A DNA stretch of 64,000 nt from Bacteroidales bacterium (GTDB lineage Bacteria > Bacteroidota > Bacteroidia > Bacteroidales > UBA932), in assembly GCA_017619655.1 (NCBI GenBank), contig JAFZRV010000012.1, positions 2,988 to 66,987 of the forward strand, given 5' to 3'. The notes below the pieces were generated by a model that was not told the DNA's origin, searched no databases, and worked only from the letters and a program-made list of their open reading frames with translations. The position numbers and the translations under genes were made by a program. Each line of letters begins with the position of its first letter. Position 1 is the first letter of the stretch. Positions 19,089 to 28,498 of the stretch are shown one piece after another.

Positions 19089-20585
19089 ATGAAAAAATTC
19101 ACCTCTGCGCTGCTGGCCCTGGCCGCTCTGGCCCTGCTGGCTTCCTGCGGCGGGAACGAAACGGTTCCCGCCGACCTGTCGATCGTTCCCAACCCCGTGT
19201 CGATGCAAATCGGCGGTAAAGGTGCCAAGGCGACGGCGAAGGTCGTGACCCGGATCGACGAAACCCTGGCTCCGGAAGCATACATCCTCCGGATTGCCGA
19301 CGGCAAGATCGAACTTGCCGGCGGTTCCGATGCCGGCGTTTTCTGGGGGCGGCAGACGCTGGCCCAGATCCAGTCCCAGTGCGGCAGGAAACTGCCCGGC
19401 GTGCTGATCGAGGACAAGCCCGTGTTTTCGTACCGCGGTGCGCACCTCGACTGCTGCCGCCACTTCTTCACGGTGGACGAGGTGAAGGCTTTCATCGACA
19501 TGATGGCGCTGCACAAGCTCAACGTGTTCCACTGGCATCTCACCGAAGACCAGGGCTGGCGCGCCGAGATCAAGAAATATCCGCGCCTGACGGAAGTCGG
19601 CTCGGTCCGTGCCGAGACGCTCGTGGGCCACTACGGCTCCGATGAGTACGACGGCACGCCGTACGGCGGTTTCTACACGCAGGACCAGATGCGCGACGTC
19701 GTGGCTTATGCCGCGGAGCGCTTCATCACCGTCATCCCCGAGATCGAGATGCCGGGCCACGCTTCCGCCGCCCTGGCCAGCTATCCCGAGCTGGGCTGCC
19801 GCGGAAAGGACTATCCGTACAAGGTCCAGACGACCTGGGGCGTCTTCCCCGAAGTGCTGTGCGTCGGCAATCCCGAGACCTTCCAGTTCCTGAAAGACGT
19901 GCTCGACGAGATCTGCGACATCTTTCCGTCTGAATACATCCACATCGGCGGTGACGAAGCGCCGCGCGAGGAGTGGGAGAAGTGCCCGAAGTGCCAGGCG
20001 CTGATGAAGGAGAAGGGCTTCAAGCGCGAAGCCGAGCTCCAGAGCTATCTCAACAACGTCATCGAGGAATACCTGGCCGGCAAGGGCCGCAAGATCATCG
20101 GCTGGGACGAGATCCTCGAAGGCGGCGTGTCGCAGAGTGCGACGGTCATGTCCTGGCGCGGCGTCAAGGGCGGCATCGAGGCGGCCAAGATGGGCAACGA
20201 CGTGATCATGACCCCCAACGGCTACTGCTACTTCGACCACTACCAGACGAAGGGTCGTGAAGAGAACGGCGAGCCGCTGGCGATCGGCGGCTATCTCCCG
20301 CTGGAGAAGTGCTATTCCTTCAATCCCTACGAAGGACTCAACGACGAGGAGAAAGCCCACATCAAGGGCGTCCAGGCCAATATGTGGACGGAATATGTAG
20401 CTACCTTCGACCACGTGCAGCACATGGAGCTGCCGCGCATGGCGGCGCTCGCCGAGGTGGCATGGAGCCTCGACAACCGCACCGCATACGATGATTTTCT
20501 CGCCCGCGTTACCGAGGGCCTGCTGCCCATCTACCAGGGCCGCGGCTACAACTACGCCGACTATGCCTTCAAGGGCATCGAATAA
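19089..20585 (+). CDS. Beta-N-acetylhexosaminidase (GH20) lipoprotein
   Basis: Start MKKFTSALLALAALALLASCGG (lipobox). GH20 catalytic region HWHLTEDQGWR and IHIGGDE. A TATATTTG box lies upstream. Confidence 0.9.
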   Translation: MKKFTSALLALAALALLASCGGNETVPADLSIVPNPVSMQIGGKGAKATAKVVTRIDETLAPEAYILRIADGKIELAGGSDAGVFWGRQTLAQIQSQCGRKLPGVLIEDKPVFSYRGAHLDCCRHFFTVDEVKAFIDMMALHKLNVFHWHLTEDQGWRAEIKKYPRLTEVGSVRAETLVGHYGSDEYDGTPYGGFYTQDQMRDVVAYAAERFITVIPEIEMPGHASAALASYPELGCRGKDYPYKVQTTWGVFPEVLCVGNPETFQFLKDVLDEICDIFPSEYIHIGGDEAPREEWEKCPKCQALMKEKGFKREAELQSYLNNVIEEYLAGKGRKIIGWDEILEGGVSQSATVMSWRGVKGGIEAAKMGNDVIMTPNGYCYFDHYQTKGREENGEPLAIGGYLPLEKCYSFNPYEGLNDEEKAHIKGVQANMWTEYVATFDHVQHMELPRMAALAEVAWSLDNRTAYDDFLARVTEGLLPIYQGRGYNYADYAFKGIE

Positions 20586-20611
20586 ACCGACGAACCAACA
20601 CCCCTATACCT

Positions 20612-21382
20612 ATGAAGAAGTTATTGTTATTCCTGACGGCCGTCGTACTCCTTGCGAGCTGCTCGACCGACAAGAAGCCTGTGGAGGTGCAGATTCCCAA
20701 GCAGAACGTGGAGCTCACCGGCAACGGTTTCCAGATCTTCCGCCTGGGCGCCGATTTCAAGCTGCTCACGGTCCAGAACCCCGACAAGGCTGATGAATGG
20801 ATGGTCCGCGGCATCGTGCCCCTCATGAAAGTGTCGGAAGACCTGTTGGCCGAGACGGCCATCACGGTCAATCTGCTCGACGCGAGCGGCATGAAGCTGC
20901 GCGAGGACTTCGTGCTGACCGCCGAAGACCTGGTCGACCTCATACCGAAGTTCAACGCCGAGAAGAATGTCGAGAAGGCCATCATCTTCTCCGCGGCCGA
21001 AGGCTCCCGCAAGTATTTCTCATACAAGGAAGCCGCCGACCTTCTGAACGGCACCCGGTCGCTGGCGATGAACGTCAACGTGGTCCAGCAGCAGCCCGAG
21101 CTTGCTGTCGAGACTGCGGCTGCGGTCCAGCCCAAGGTCGAAAAGAAGGCTGAGCCGGTCACTTTCAAGTCCCTGATGTCGAAGTATGGCGTCTACGGCA
21201 AGCTCACGCAGTACGACAAGGCGCTGTCGAACAAGGAAAAGAAGAAAGCGAAGGAGATCGAGGATGAGCTTTACGCGATCTGCAAGAAAGTAAAGGCCGA
21301 CCCGACCGTTCCCGAGAGCGTATACAAGGAATTCCGCAAGTACATCGAGGACGAAGAGGATCGGATTGAAGACAAGTATTGA
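20612..21382 (+). CDS. Lipoprotein of unknown function
   Basis: Lipobox MKKLLLFLTAVVLLASC with a lysine/glutamate-rich C-terminus. Confidence 0.65.
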   Translation: MKKLLLFLTAVVLLASCSTDKKPVEVQIPKQNVELTGNGFQIFRLGADFKLLTVQNPDKADEWMVRGIVPLMKVSEDLLAETAITVNLLDASGMKLREDFVLTAEDLVDLIPKFNAEKNVEKAIIFSAAEGSRKYFSYKEAADLLNGTRSLAMNVNVVQQQPELAVETAAAVQPKVEKKAEPVTFKSLMSKYGVYGKLTQYDKALSNKEKKKAKEIEDELYAICKKVKADPTVPESVYKEFRKYIEDEEDRIEDKY

Positions 21383-21783
21383 TGGACGATTTTTTGAAGA
21401 AAGTATTTGACCGGCTGTCGGTCTGCCTTACCTATGCGGGTGAGGACATCGAGGATTTTCTCTGGGTCCTGGACCAGGACGAGAAGGAGGGCAGGGCACC
21501 GGCCGACGTCGAGCGCATGCGCAGCCTGTATCGCCAGATCAAGGAGCAATATGCGCAGGACAGTGAAGACCTGCGCGCGGGCATGCAGACGGAAGACGCG
21601 CTGGAGCTGGCCACGCACATGGTGGAACTCTACCAGGCCATCTTCGACTACCTCATGTCGGAAGATCCGTCCACGCTGGACACCGCGCCGGTACCCGGTG
21701 CCGCGCCCTCCGAAGACCGCTCCGCCGCCGACTTCAACGCCATGTACGAACTCTTCAAGAAATCGAAGGAATTTCCCAGCTAG
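21379..21783 (+). CDS. Acidic hypothetical protein
   Basis: 134-aa ORF with an ATGA overlap onto the upstream lipoprotein gene. No recognisable motif. Confidence 0.45.
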   Translation: MMDDFLKKVFDRLSVCLTYAGEDIEDFLWVLDQDEKEGRAPADVERMRSLYRQIKEQYAQDSEDLRAGMQTEDALELATHMVELYQAIFDYLMSEDPSTLDTAPVPGAAPSEDRSAADFNAMYELFKKSKEFPS

Positions 21784-21831
21784 CCGGCGCTTCGCGTCCT
21801 GCCGGACTTGATCCGGCATCTCATTTCTGCT

Positions 21832-21880
21832 CAGCGACACAGACGTTTCAACCATCTCGTCTGTGTCGCTGGCCTTTTTC
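21832..21880 (+). terminator. Intrinsic terminator
   Basis: 14-bp perfect stem cagcgacacagacg/cgtctgtgtcgctg followed by ccttttt. Confidence 0.75.
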
Positions 21881-21976
21881 CTCGCTTCCGGCCCCAAAAC
21901 CGCTGCCGACACAGACCAAGCGGCGCCCTCATCTGTGTCGCCAGCCTGTCAATGCCGCACTTCGATGTGTTTCATG

Positions 21977-23158
21977 TTACTCCTGCCAGATCAGGATGGA
22001 TTCGATGCGTGCGTCGGGCTTGAATTGAGGGTTTTCGAGCAGGATGCGGTCGTTGAACGCCGGCTCGACCGGCTCGGCTAACGACTCGCGGGACGTGCGG
22101 AAAGCGATCTTGCTGTTCCACATCGCGTCCTCGATCTGCACGGTCCCGTCCATCAGCAGCCAAACTTTCGGCATTTCGCCGCCGAGGGTCAGGCAATCCT
22201 GGATACGGCAGCCTACATAGGCCTGCACCTGGCCGGGTTCGTGCTCATAGGCGTAACTGGCCACGCAGTACTTGGGGAAACGGACCTCGATGGAATAGAC
22301 CTTTCCGTCTTCCAGCTGGATCTCCAGGCCGTCTTCTTCTCCCAGATTGATCATCCACAGGTCACCGCCCTGCAGATAATTGACACCGTAGCCGATGGGA
22401 TCATAGTCGAAGTAGAAGTCGGGCGCCGGCTGTCCCAGCAGGATATTGGCGAATCCACCGGCATGGATGCATGCGTATTTGTAGTCCTCGTTGCGGACAA
22501 AGGCACTGCCGTTCCACAGGTAGTCCACGACCAGGTCGCCATGGAAAGCCTGCTCGTTGAAGTCCTGCGGATCGTTGAGCTGGACCTTCACCCCGCCGCT
22601 GCGGAATTCATAGAGGTAACTTCCTTTGCGCATCGCCTGGCGCAACGACGGCACGTCGGCGCCGGCCAGCCGGATCATGTCTTCGAAATCATCCTGTTCG
22701 GGCTTGGGCTCGAATGGAAGGTCGATCTCATGGGCATTGCCCTGAGCGGGATCATAGTCATAAGCGCGGAGATATTTGATGGAGACCACGTCGCAACCGC
22801 CTTCTTCCTCCAGCATCACGAGCACATGGTTATCCGCCTTGTAGCGGTAGCACGCCATGATGAAACCATTGGTGCTGCCCTCTTCATAGAAGCTGTATGA
22901 CAAGACATTGCATTCGCCCGTAAACTCTACGGTCGCTTCATAGGAATCCTTCAGTGCGTTCTTAATCTCATCCTTGACGCCGGGAGCGGCGAAGACGTCG
23001 CTCATGACATTTTCTCCGAAACAGGAGAAAATCGTAAAGAGCTCTTCAAACGTAAAATCATCGCTTCCGTCCGCCACGTTGCTCTCAACCTTACCGCCGC
23101 CCTTGCATCCCGCCAGCAACAGCGCACAAGCCGAAATAAGAAGAATCAGTCTTTTCAT
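21977..23158 (-). CDS. Lipoprotein of unknown function
   Basis: 393 aa with lipobox MKRLILLISACALLLAGC. A TACCTTTG box lies upstream on the minus strand (plus-strand caaaggta at 23177..23184). Confidence 0.65.
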   Translation of the reverse strand: MKRLILLISACALLLAGCKGGGKVESNVADGSDDFTFEELFTIFSCFGENVMSDVFAAPGVKDEIKNALKDSYEATVEFTGECNVLSYSFYEEGSTNGFIMACYRYKADNHVLVMLEEEGGCDVVSIKYLRAYDYDPAQGNAHEIDLPFEPKPEQDDFEDMIRLAGADVPSLRQAMRKGSYLYEFRSGGVKVQLNDPQDFNEQAFHGDLVVDYLWNGSAFVRNEDYKYACIHAGGFANILLGQPAPDFYFDYDPIGYGVNYLQGGDLWMINLGEEDGLEIQLEDGKVYSIEVRFPKYCVASYAYEHEPGQVQAYVGCRIQDCLTLGGEMPKVWLLMDGTVQIEDAMWNSKIAFRTSRESLAEPVEPAFNDRILLENPQFKPDARIESILIWQE

Positions 23159-23257
23159 TGCATTAAGTTTTGTTCACAAAGGTAAGAAAAACGATCCACT
23201 TCATAGTTATGTAAGAGTGCTTCAAGCCTGTCAACGCCGCAAAGCACGCCTGAAATC

Positions 23258-23287
23258 AAAAAAGGGAAGCGCGAGGCTTCCCTTTTT
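23258..23287 (-). terminator. Intrinsic (bidirectional-looking) terminator after tRNA-Arg(TCT)
   Basis: Stem gggaagc/gcttccc with an A run on one side and a T run on the other. Confidence 0.7.
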
Positions 23288-23288
23288 G

Positions 23289-23362
23289 TGATTCCGTCGG
23301 GATTCGAACCCGAGACCCACAGCTTAGAAGGCTGTTGCTCTATCCAGCTGAGCTACGGAACC
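23289..23362 (-). tRNA. tRNA-Arg (anticodon TCT)
   Basis: The reverse complement gives acceptor GGTTCCG/CGGAATC, D arm GCTC AGCTGGATA GAGC, anticodon stem ACAGC/GCTGT with loop CTTCTAA, and T arm TCGGG TTCGAAT CCCGA. Confidence 0.9.
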
Positions 23363-23424
23363 AGCGGCTGCAAAGTTAGCAATCTTTTTGGAATTGGAAT
23401 CAATCGTCGCAGCCCTTTTTGTTG

Positions 23425-23432
23425 TATCTTTG
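23425..23432 (+). promoter_or_regulatory. Bacteroidota -7 promoter box (TATCTTTG)
   Basis: TAnnTTTG match 15 nt upstream of the ATG at 23447. Confidence 0.45.
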
Positions 23433-23446
23433 TAAAAACAAGAACA

Positions 23447-24412
23447 ATGAAGCGTATCGTATTGATCGGCCTTGCGGTGACGGCCTGCCTGCTGGTACTG
23501 ATGGGGGCTGGAAGGAACAAATCGAATTTCCGCCTGGTTTACTGGAACATCCAGAACGGGATGTGGGACGGTCAGCCCGACAACTACGACCGTTTCGTCC
23601 ACTGGGTGAAAGCGCAACGGCCGGACGTCTGCGTCTGGTGCGAGGCGGCGACCATCTTCCGGGACGGAACGGACGATTACATGCCGGACGAGGAGCACTA
23701 CCTGCCGGCGCACTGGAGCGAGCTGGCACGCCGCTACGGGCATAAATACGTGTTCCTGGGCGGCTGGCGGGATGATTATCCGCAGGTCGTCACCTCGCGC
23801 TATCCCATCGAAGAAGTGGCCCGTATCACGGGCAATGCCGATACGCTGGTCTGCCACGGGGCGGGCTGGGCACGGCTGCGCGTCCACGGCAAGGTGCTGA
23901 ATATCGTGACGCTCCACACCTGGCCGCAGGCCTATGGCTTCAAAGTGCCGAAGGAAGACCGCGAGCGCAGCAAGGCCGCCCGGGAGGGCGACTACTACCG
24001 CCGCAGCGAAATGGAATATATCTGCCGGCATACCATCGGGACCCTTCCGCGAGAACAGGCGGAAGCCGAGTACTGGATGATGATGGGTGACTTCAACAGC
24101 CGGTCCCGCGTGGACAACTGGGTGTATCATTACCCGGACGACGACTCCCGGCTGCTGGTCCACGACTACATCCACGCCGAGACACCCTACCTCGACCTGG
24201 TGCACGAGCGGCATCCCAACGACTTCTACACGACCACCGGCGGCCGGGCCCGTATCGACTACGTCTACTGCACCCGCCCGCTCTTCGACTGCGTGGTGTC
24301 CGACCGGATCGTCTCCGACGATTACACGACGCCCGTCCGGAACCCCCAGAGAATCTCCAACTTCTGGCATCCTTCCGACCACCGGCCGATTGTCGTGGAT
24401 TTTAACCTGTAA
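23447..24412 (+). CDS. Endonuclease/exonuclease/phosphatase (EEP) family protein, secreted
   Basis: Start MKRIVLIGLAVTACLLVL. WNIQNG near the N-terminus and a C-terminal SDHRPIVVDF motif are typical of the EEP fold. Confidence 0.8.
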   Translation: MKRIVLIGLAVTACLLVLMGAGRNKSNFRLVYWNIQNGMWDGQPDNYDRFVHWVKAQRPDVCVWCEAATIFRDGTDDYMPDEEHYLPAHWSELARRYGHKYVFLGGWRDDYPQVVTSRYPIEEVARITGNADTLVCHGAGWARLRVHGKVLNIVTLHTWPQAYGFKVPKEDRERSKAAREGDYYRRSEMEYICRHTIGTLPREQAEAEYWMMMGDFNSRSRVDNWVYHYPDDDSRLLVHDYIHAETPYLDLVHERHPNDFYTTTGGRARIDYVYCTRPLFDCVVSDRIVSDDYTTPVRNPQRISNFWHPSDHRPIVVDFNL

Positions 24413-24425
24413 GCATTAGAGAACC

Positions 24426-25685
24426 ATGAAACGTTTCGTAATACTGAGCATGATGGCCATGACGCTGGGCCTGGCGGGCTGCAAGCCCCGGGCGGAAGTC
24501 TCCGATACGGAACTTCAGACTGTACTGACGCAACTGTCCGACGAATTCGCGCGCATCTCGCCGCGCGTCATCCGCCCGGCAGAGGGTTTCCTGAAATATC
24601 CTTACCTCATCCCGGCGGGCTTCTACCAGCAGATGTGGGACTGGGACGGCTTCTTCATGGGCACCTGGTTCATCGAAAAGGGACAGCCTGAATACATGCA
24701 GTACTGGGCGCTGAACTTCCTGGAGGGCATGGATGAAAACGGCTACGTGGCGGGGTGCATGACCACGGAGGGACCGCGGGTGAAGCGCGGCACCTTCTTC
24801 ATGAAGCCCTTCCTTTCGCAGGGCGTGCTGCGCGCGAGCGAGGCGCTGGGCGACTTCGAATGGGTGCGGCCTTACTACGAGCGGCTCTGCCGCGTGCTGG
24901 CCTACCGCGACGCCGTGCAGCGCGACGAGGCTACAGGCCTGTACTTCTGGGAGATGGCTTTCCAGAGCGGTGCGGACAACAATCCGGCGCTGAACTACTT
25001 CTCTGACGACAAGCGCTCCTTCCTGGCATGCGACTGCTCCACGATGCAGTTGTTGGAATTCCGGGCGCAGGCGAAGATCGCCGAAGCGCTGGGTCTGGCG
25101 GACGATGCGGCCCTGTACGGCGCGCGTGCCGAAGCTTTGGCCGATGCCATCCGCAACCTGCTCTGGTGCCCGTCCCACCAGTGTTTCTACAATGTGGACC
25201 GGGAAACGGGCGCCCATTACCACCGCGTCAGCTACTCCTGCTTCTGGCCGCTGTATGCCGGCCTGGCACCGCAGGAAGACGGCGAGGCCATGATCCGCCG
25301 CTATCTGCTCAGCGAGCAGCACATGCGTTCCCCGCACGGACTCCGCTCGCTCTCCGCGTCCGATCCGGACTACAACAACAAGAACATCATCATTCCCTTC
25401 TCCAACTGGCAGGGACCCGTCTGGATCCCCGCGCTCGTGGTCTATGCCGGCGGCATGCTGAACTACGGCTTCAAGGCGGAACTCAAGCCCATTGCGCTGG
25501 CAACAGCCCGCCTGCTGCTGGCAGACCTCGATGCCTACGACACGATGCACGAGAATTACCATGCCGAAACCGGCGAAGGTCTGGCTCCGGCACCCGACTA
25601 CGTCGACGCGGACGGCCGTTTCATCGGCTTCATCAGCTGGAATCTCTGCGCCGAAAGCGTATTGCGGTCAACGATCAGCGAGTAA
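24426..25685 (+). CDS. (alpha/alpha)6-barrel glycoside hydrolase, GH63/trehalase-like lipoprotein
   Basis: Lipobox LGLAGC. WDWDGFF, SGADNNPAL and NWQGPVWIP segments are typical of GH63/GH37-like six-hairpin glycosidases. Confidence 0.7.
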   Translation: MKRFVILSMMAMTLGLAGCKPRAEVSDTELQTVLTQLSDEFARISPRVIRPAEGFLKYPYLIPAGFYQQMWDWDGFFMGTWFIEKGQPEYMQYWALNFLEGMDENGYVAGCMTTEGPRVKRGTFFMKPFLSQGVLRASEALGDFEWVRPYYERLCRVLAYRDAVQRDEATGLYFWEMAFQSGADNNPALNYFSDDKRSFLACDCSTMQLLEFRAQAKIAEALGLADDAALYGARAEALADAIRNLLWCPSHQCFYNVDRETGAHYHRVSYSCFWPLYAGLAPQEDGEAMIRRYLLSEQHMRSPHGLRSLSASDPDYNNKNIIIPFSNWQGPVWIPALVVYAGGMLNYGFKAELKPIALATARLLLADLDAYDTMHENYHAETGEGLAPAPDYVDADGRFIGFISWNLCAESVLRSTISE

Positions 25686-25686
25686 C

Positions 25687-26082
25687 ATGAAACACATTGA
25701 AGTCGTAGCGGCCATCATCCGGAAGGGGGACAGGATCTTTGCCACCCAGCGGGGGTATGGTGACTGGAAGGACTGGTGGGAGTTCCCGGGCGGCAAGGTC
25801 GAGCCGGGGGAGACGCCGGAAGAGGCGCTGGTGCGCGAGATCCGGGAAGAGCTCGACGCTGAGATCCGCATCGACAAGTTCCTGTATACGGTGGAGTGGG
25901 ACTATCCCCAGTTCCACCTGACCCTGCACTGCTACATCTGCGCGCTGCTGCAGGACACCCTTCAACTGAACGAGCACGAGGCGGCCCGCTGGCTGGACAA
26001 GGATGCGCTTCCTTCCGTCCGCTGGCTGCCGGCCGACGAGATGCTGCTTCCGCTGATAGTTGCGGAATTGGAAAAAAATTAG
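25687..26082 (+). CDS. NUDIX hydrolase (MutT-like nucleoside triphosphate pyrophosphohydrolase)
   Basis: Nudix box GGKVEPGETPEEALVREIREELD. Confidence 0.85.
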   Translation: MKHIEVVAAIIRKGDRIFATQRGYGDWKDWWEFPGGKVEPGETPEEALVREIREELDAEIRIDKFLYTVEWDYPQFHLTLHCYICALLQDTLQLNEHEAARWLDKDALPSVRWLPADEMLLPLIVAELEKN

Positions 26083-26083
26083 C

Positions 26084-26091
26084 TATATTTG
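26084..26091 (+). promoter_or_regulatory. Bacteroidota -7 promoter box (TATATTTG) ahead of riboswitch 1
   Basis: TAnnTTTG match directly upstream of the riboswitch. Confidence 0.5.
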
Positions 26092-26097
26092 CGGGCG

Positions 26098-26265
26098 ATT
26101 TCGGTGTCCGATGCTTCCCGCCGGAAGCTCGGATGAAAAGGGAATCAGGTGAAAGACCTGAGCAGACACCGCTGCTGTAAGTCCCATTCGAAAGGTTTCG
26201 GCATTCAAGAGCCACTGCCCAAAGCGGGAAGGCGCCGGACCGGGACAAGCCAGAAGACCTGCCGA
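26098..26265 (+). ncRNA. Cobalamin (B12) riboswitch 1
   Basis: Conserved core aaaagggaatcaggtgaaagacctgag...ctgctgtaag, B12 box gccactg at 26211..26217 followed by gggaaggc, and closing gccagaagacctgcc. It lies in the 5' leader of a TonB-dependent receptor. Confidence 0.85.
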
Positions 26266-26311
26266 ATCGAGTATTTTTGAAGCTTTCGGGTAATAAAAGC
26301 TTCCGGAATTG

Positions 26312-28468
26312 ATGCGATTCAAGCGAATTTGGATGTCGTTGGTATCCCTGGCGGGATGTGTCGTGCCGCTGCTCGGACAGGATAGCCTGTCGGTGAAGGG
26401 GGCGCTGAACGACACCCTGATGCTTCGCAATTCCACCGTGACGGCCCAGAGCCGCGAGCAGAAGCTCCGCGAAGGCGCATTCGCCGTCGGTGCGCTCAAC
26501 ATCCGCCTGCAGGCCAGTACGCTGCAGTCGCTCACGCAGGTCATCGACAAGACCGCCGGCATCCGCATCCGCGAAGAGGGCGGTGTGGGCAGCGAATTCG
26601 ACCTCTCCATCAACGGCATGTCGGGCAATTCCATCCGCTATTTCCTGGACGGCATGCCGCTCGACGCCAAGGGTACCGGCATGACGCTGGCCAACCTGCC
26701 CGTCAATATCATCGACCGCGTCGAAATCTATAAAGGCGTGATTCCCGCCAGTTTCGGCAGCGATGCGCTGGGCGGCGCCGTCAACATCGTCACGAACCGC
26801 CGTACCCGCAACTACCTCGACTTCTCCTACGGCATCGGCTCGTTCCATACCCACAAGGCCGACTTCAGCGCGCAGTATACGGGAAAGAAGACGGGCATCG
26901 TCATCAAGCCCGTCCTCAGCGCCAGCTATTCGAAAAACAACTATGTCATGCACGATGTGAAGGTGCGCAACGAGGAACATACGGCCTTCGTCATCAAGGA
27001 CTTGCCGCGCTTCCATGACGACTACCTCTCGCTCTTCGGGCAATTGGAGGCCGGGGTGGTGAACCGCAGCTGGACCGACGCCTTCTTTGCGTCCGCTTCC
27101 GTGTCGAAGATCGACAAGGAAATCCAGACGGGTGCCACGCAGGACCACGTTATCGGCATGGCGGAGCGGCACACCGAAGCGGTCAGCGTCTCGGCCCGCT
27201 ACGAAAAGACCGATTTCCTGACGGAAGGCATGCAGCTGATGGCGACGGTCTCGCAGACCTGGGACCACGCCCAGACCATCGACACCACCTATCGCCGCTA
27301 CTATTGGGACGGTACCTATATAAATGGTTCATACAGCGAGATCCGCGGCCGCGGCAAGACCTGGCGGCATTACCGCCGTCCGCTGACGGTCGTGCGCACC
27401 AACCTGAACTACCGCTTCGCCGAGGGACACGACCTGGCGCTGAACTACCTGCTCAACCGCTGTGGCAACCAGCAGACAGATGCCTGGGACGAGGATTTCG
27501 AGCCGACCGACGATGTGCTGGCCAAGCACATCCTCAGCCTGTCGTACGACCAGTCGCTGCTGGCGGGCCGGCTGAACAACACCTTCTTCGTGAAGGATTA
27601 CATCAATCATCTGACGGTCGGACAGGACGAACTTCCGTCCACCACTGGCTCGGACAAGGTGAAAGGCTCGAATACGCAGAATTACCTGGGCGGCGGCGTG
27701 GGCTCCCGCTACCTTTTCCTGGAGGAATTGGCTGTAAAGGGCTCCTATGAACACAGCGTCCGGCTCCCGATTTCGCGCGAGGTGCTGGGCAACGGTTCTA
27801 CGGTCTATCCCAACCTGACCCTCAAGCCCGAGATCAGCGACAATTTCAACCTGGGCCTCTTCGGGTCTTTCGACCTGGGCGGGGGACATGCGCTTTCCTA
27901 CGAGGTCAACGGTTTCGTACGCCTGGTGGACAATTACATCCGGGCCACCGTGTCGGAAACGGAGAGCATGATGCAGTACGTCAATGTGGCGGCCGTCCAC
28001 ATCAAGGGTGTTGACGGAGAGGTCCGATACGACTGGGCAGGGAAGCTGCACCTGGCGGTCAACGCCAGCTATGACGACAGCCGCGACATGCGCAAGTATA
28101 CCCAGGCGGGGGATATCTCCATCACCTATAAGAACCGTACCCCCAACCGTCCCTGGGCCTGGAGCAATGCGGAGGCTTCCTACACCTTCCACAACGTGGG
28201 CCTGCGCGACAGCCGGCTGCGCCTGGCCTGCGACTACCAGTGGGTGCACTGGTTCTACCTGACCTGGGAAGCCTTCGGCTCCGCCAGCTCGAAGTCCAAG
28301 GTGCCGACGCAGCACATTACGAACGCCTCGCTGCTTTATTCCTGGCATGGCGGGCGGTATAACATCTCGCTGGAATGCACCAACCTGTTCGACGCACTGG
28401 CTTTCGACAACTATAAACTGCAGAAGCCGGGTCGTGCTTTCTTCTTGAAATTCAGACTTTTTTTATAA
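26312..28468 (+). CDS. btuB: TonB-dependent receptor, B12-riboswitch controlled (BtuB-like)
   Basis: Signal peptide, plug domain (IRIREEGGVGSEFDLSINGMSGNSIRYFLDGMPLD), a 22-strand barrel-sized body, and a terminal aromatic FRLFL. The ORF track starts at TTG 26309; ATG 26312 is more likely. Confidence 0.75.
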   Translation: MRFKRIWMSLVSLAGCVVPLLGQDSLSVKGALNDTLMLRNSTVTAQSREQKLREGAFAVGALNIRLQASTLQSLTQVIDKTAGIRIREEGGVGSEFDLSINGMSGNSIRYFLDGMPLDAKGTGMTLANLPVNIIDRVEIYKGVIPASFGSDALGGAVNIVTNRRTRNYLDFSYGIGSFHTHKADFSAQYTGKKTGIVIKPVLSASYSKNNYVMHDVKVRNEEHTAFVIKDLPRFHDDYLSLFGQLEAGVVNRSWTDAFFASASVSKIDKEIQTGATQDHVIGMAERHTEAVSVSARYEKTDFLTEGMQLMATVSQTWDHAQTIDTTYRRYYWDGTYINGSYSEIRGRGKTWRHYRRPLTVVRTNLNYRFAEGHDLALNYLLNRCGNQQTDAWDEDFEPTDDVLAKHILSLSYDQSLLAGRLNNTFFVKDYINHLTVGQDELPSTTGSDKVKGSNTQNYLGGGVGSRYLFLEELAVKGSYEHSVRLPISREVLGNGSTVYPNLTLKPEISDNFNLGLFGSFDLGGGHALSYEVNGFVRLVDNYIRATVSETESMMQYVNVAAVHIKGVDGEVRYDWAGKLHLAVNASYDDSRDMRKYTQAGDISITYKNRTPNRPWAWSNAEASYTFHNVGLRDSRLRLACDYQWVHWFYLTWEAFGSASSKSKVPTQHITNASLLYSWHGGRYNISLECTNLFDALAFDNYKLQKPGRAFFLKFRLFL

Positions 28469-28498
28469 TACCAACCTTTAACACATCATTTAAAAGAT

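Noticed and set aside
25715-27268. 517-aa minus-strand ORF across the NUDIX gene, riboswitch 1 and the receptor 5' end
   Set aside because: It crosses a structured RNA and two supported genes and has no motifs. Compositional artefact. Similar cases are 34149..35660, 53391..55070, 44328..45878 and 14449..15690.
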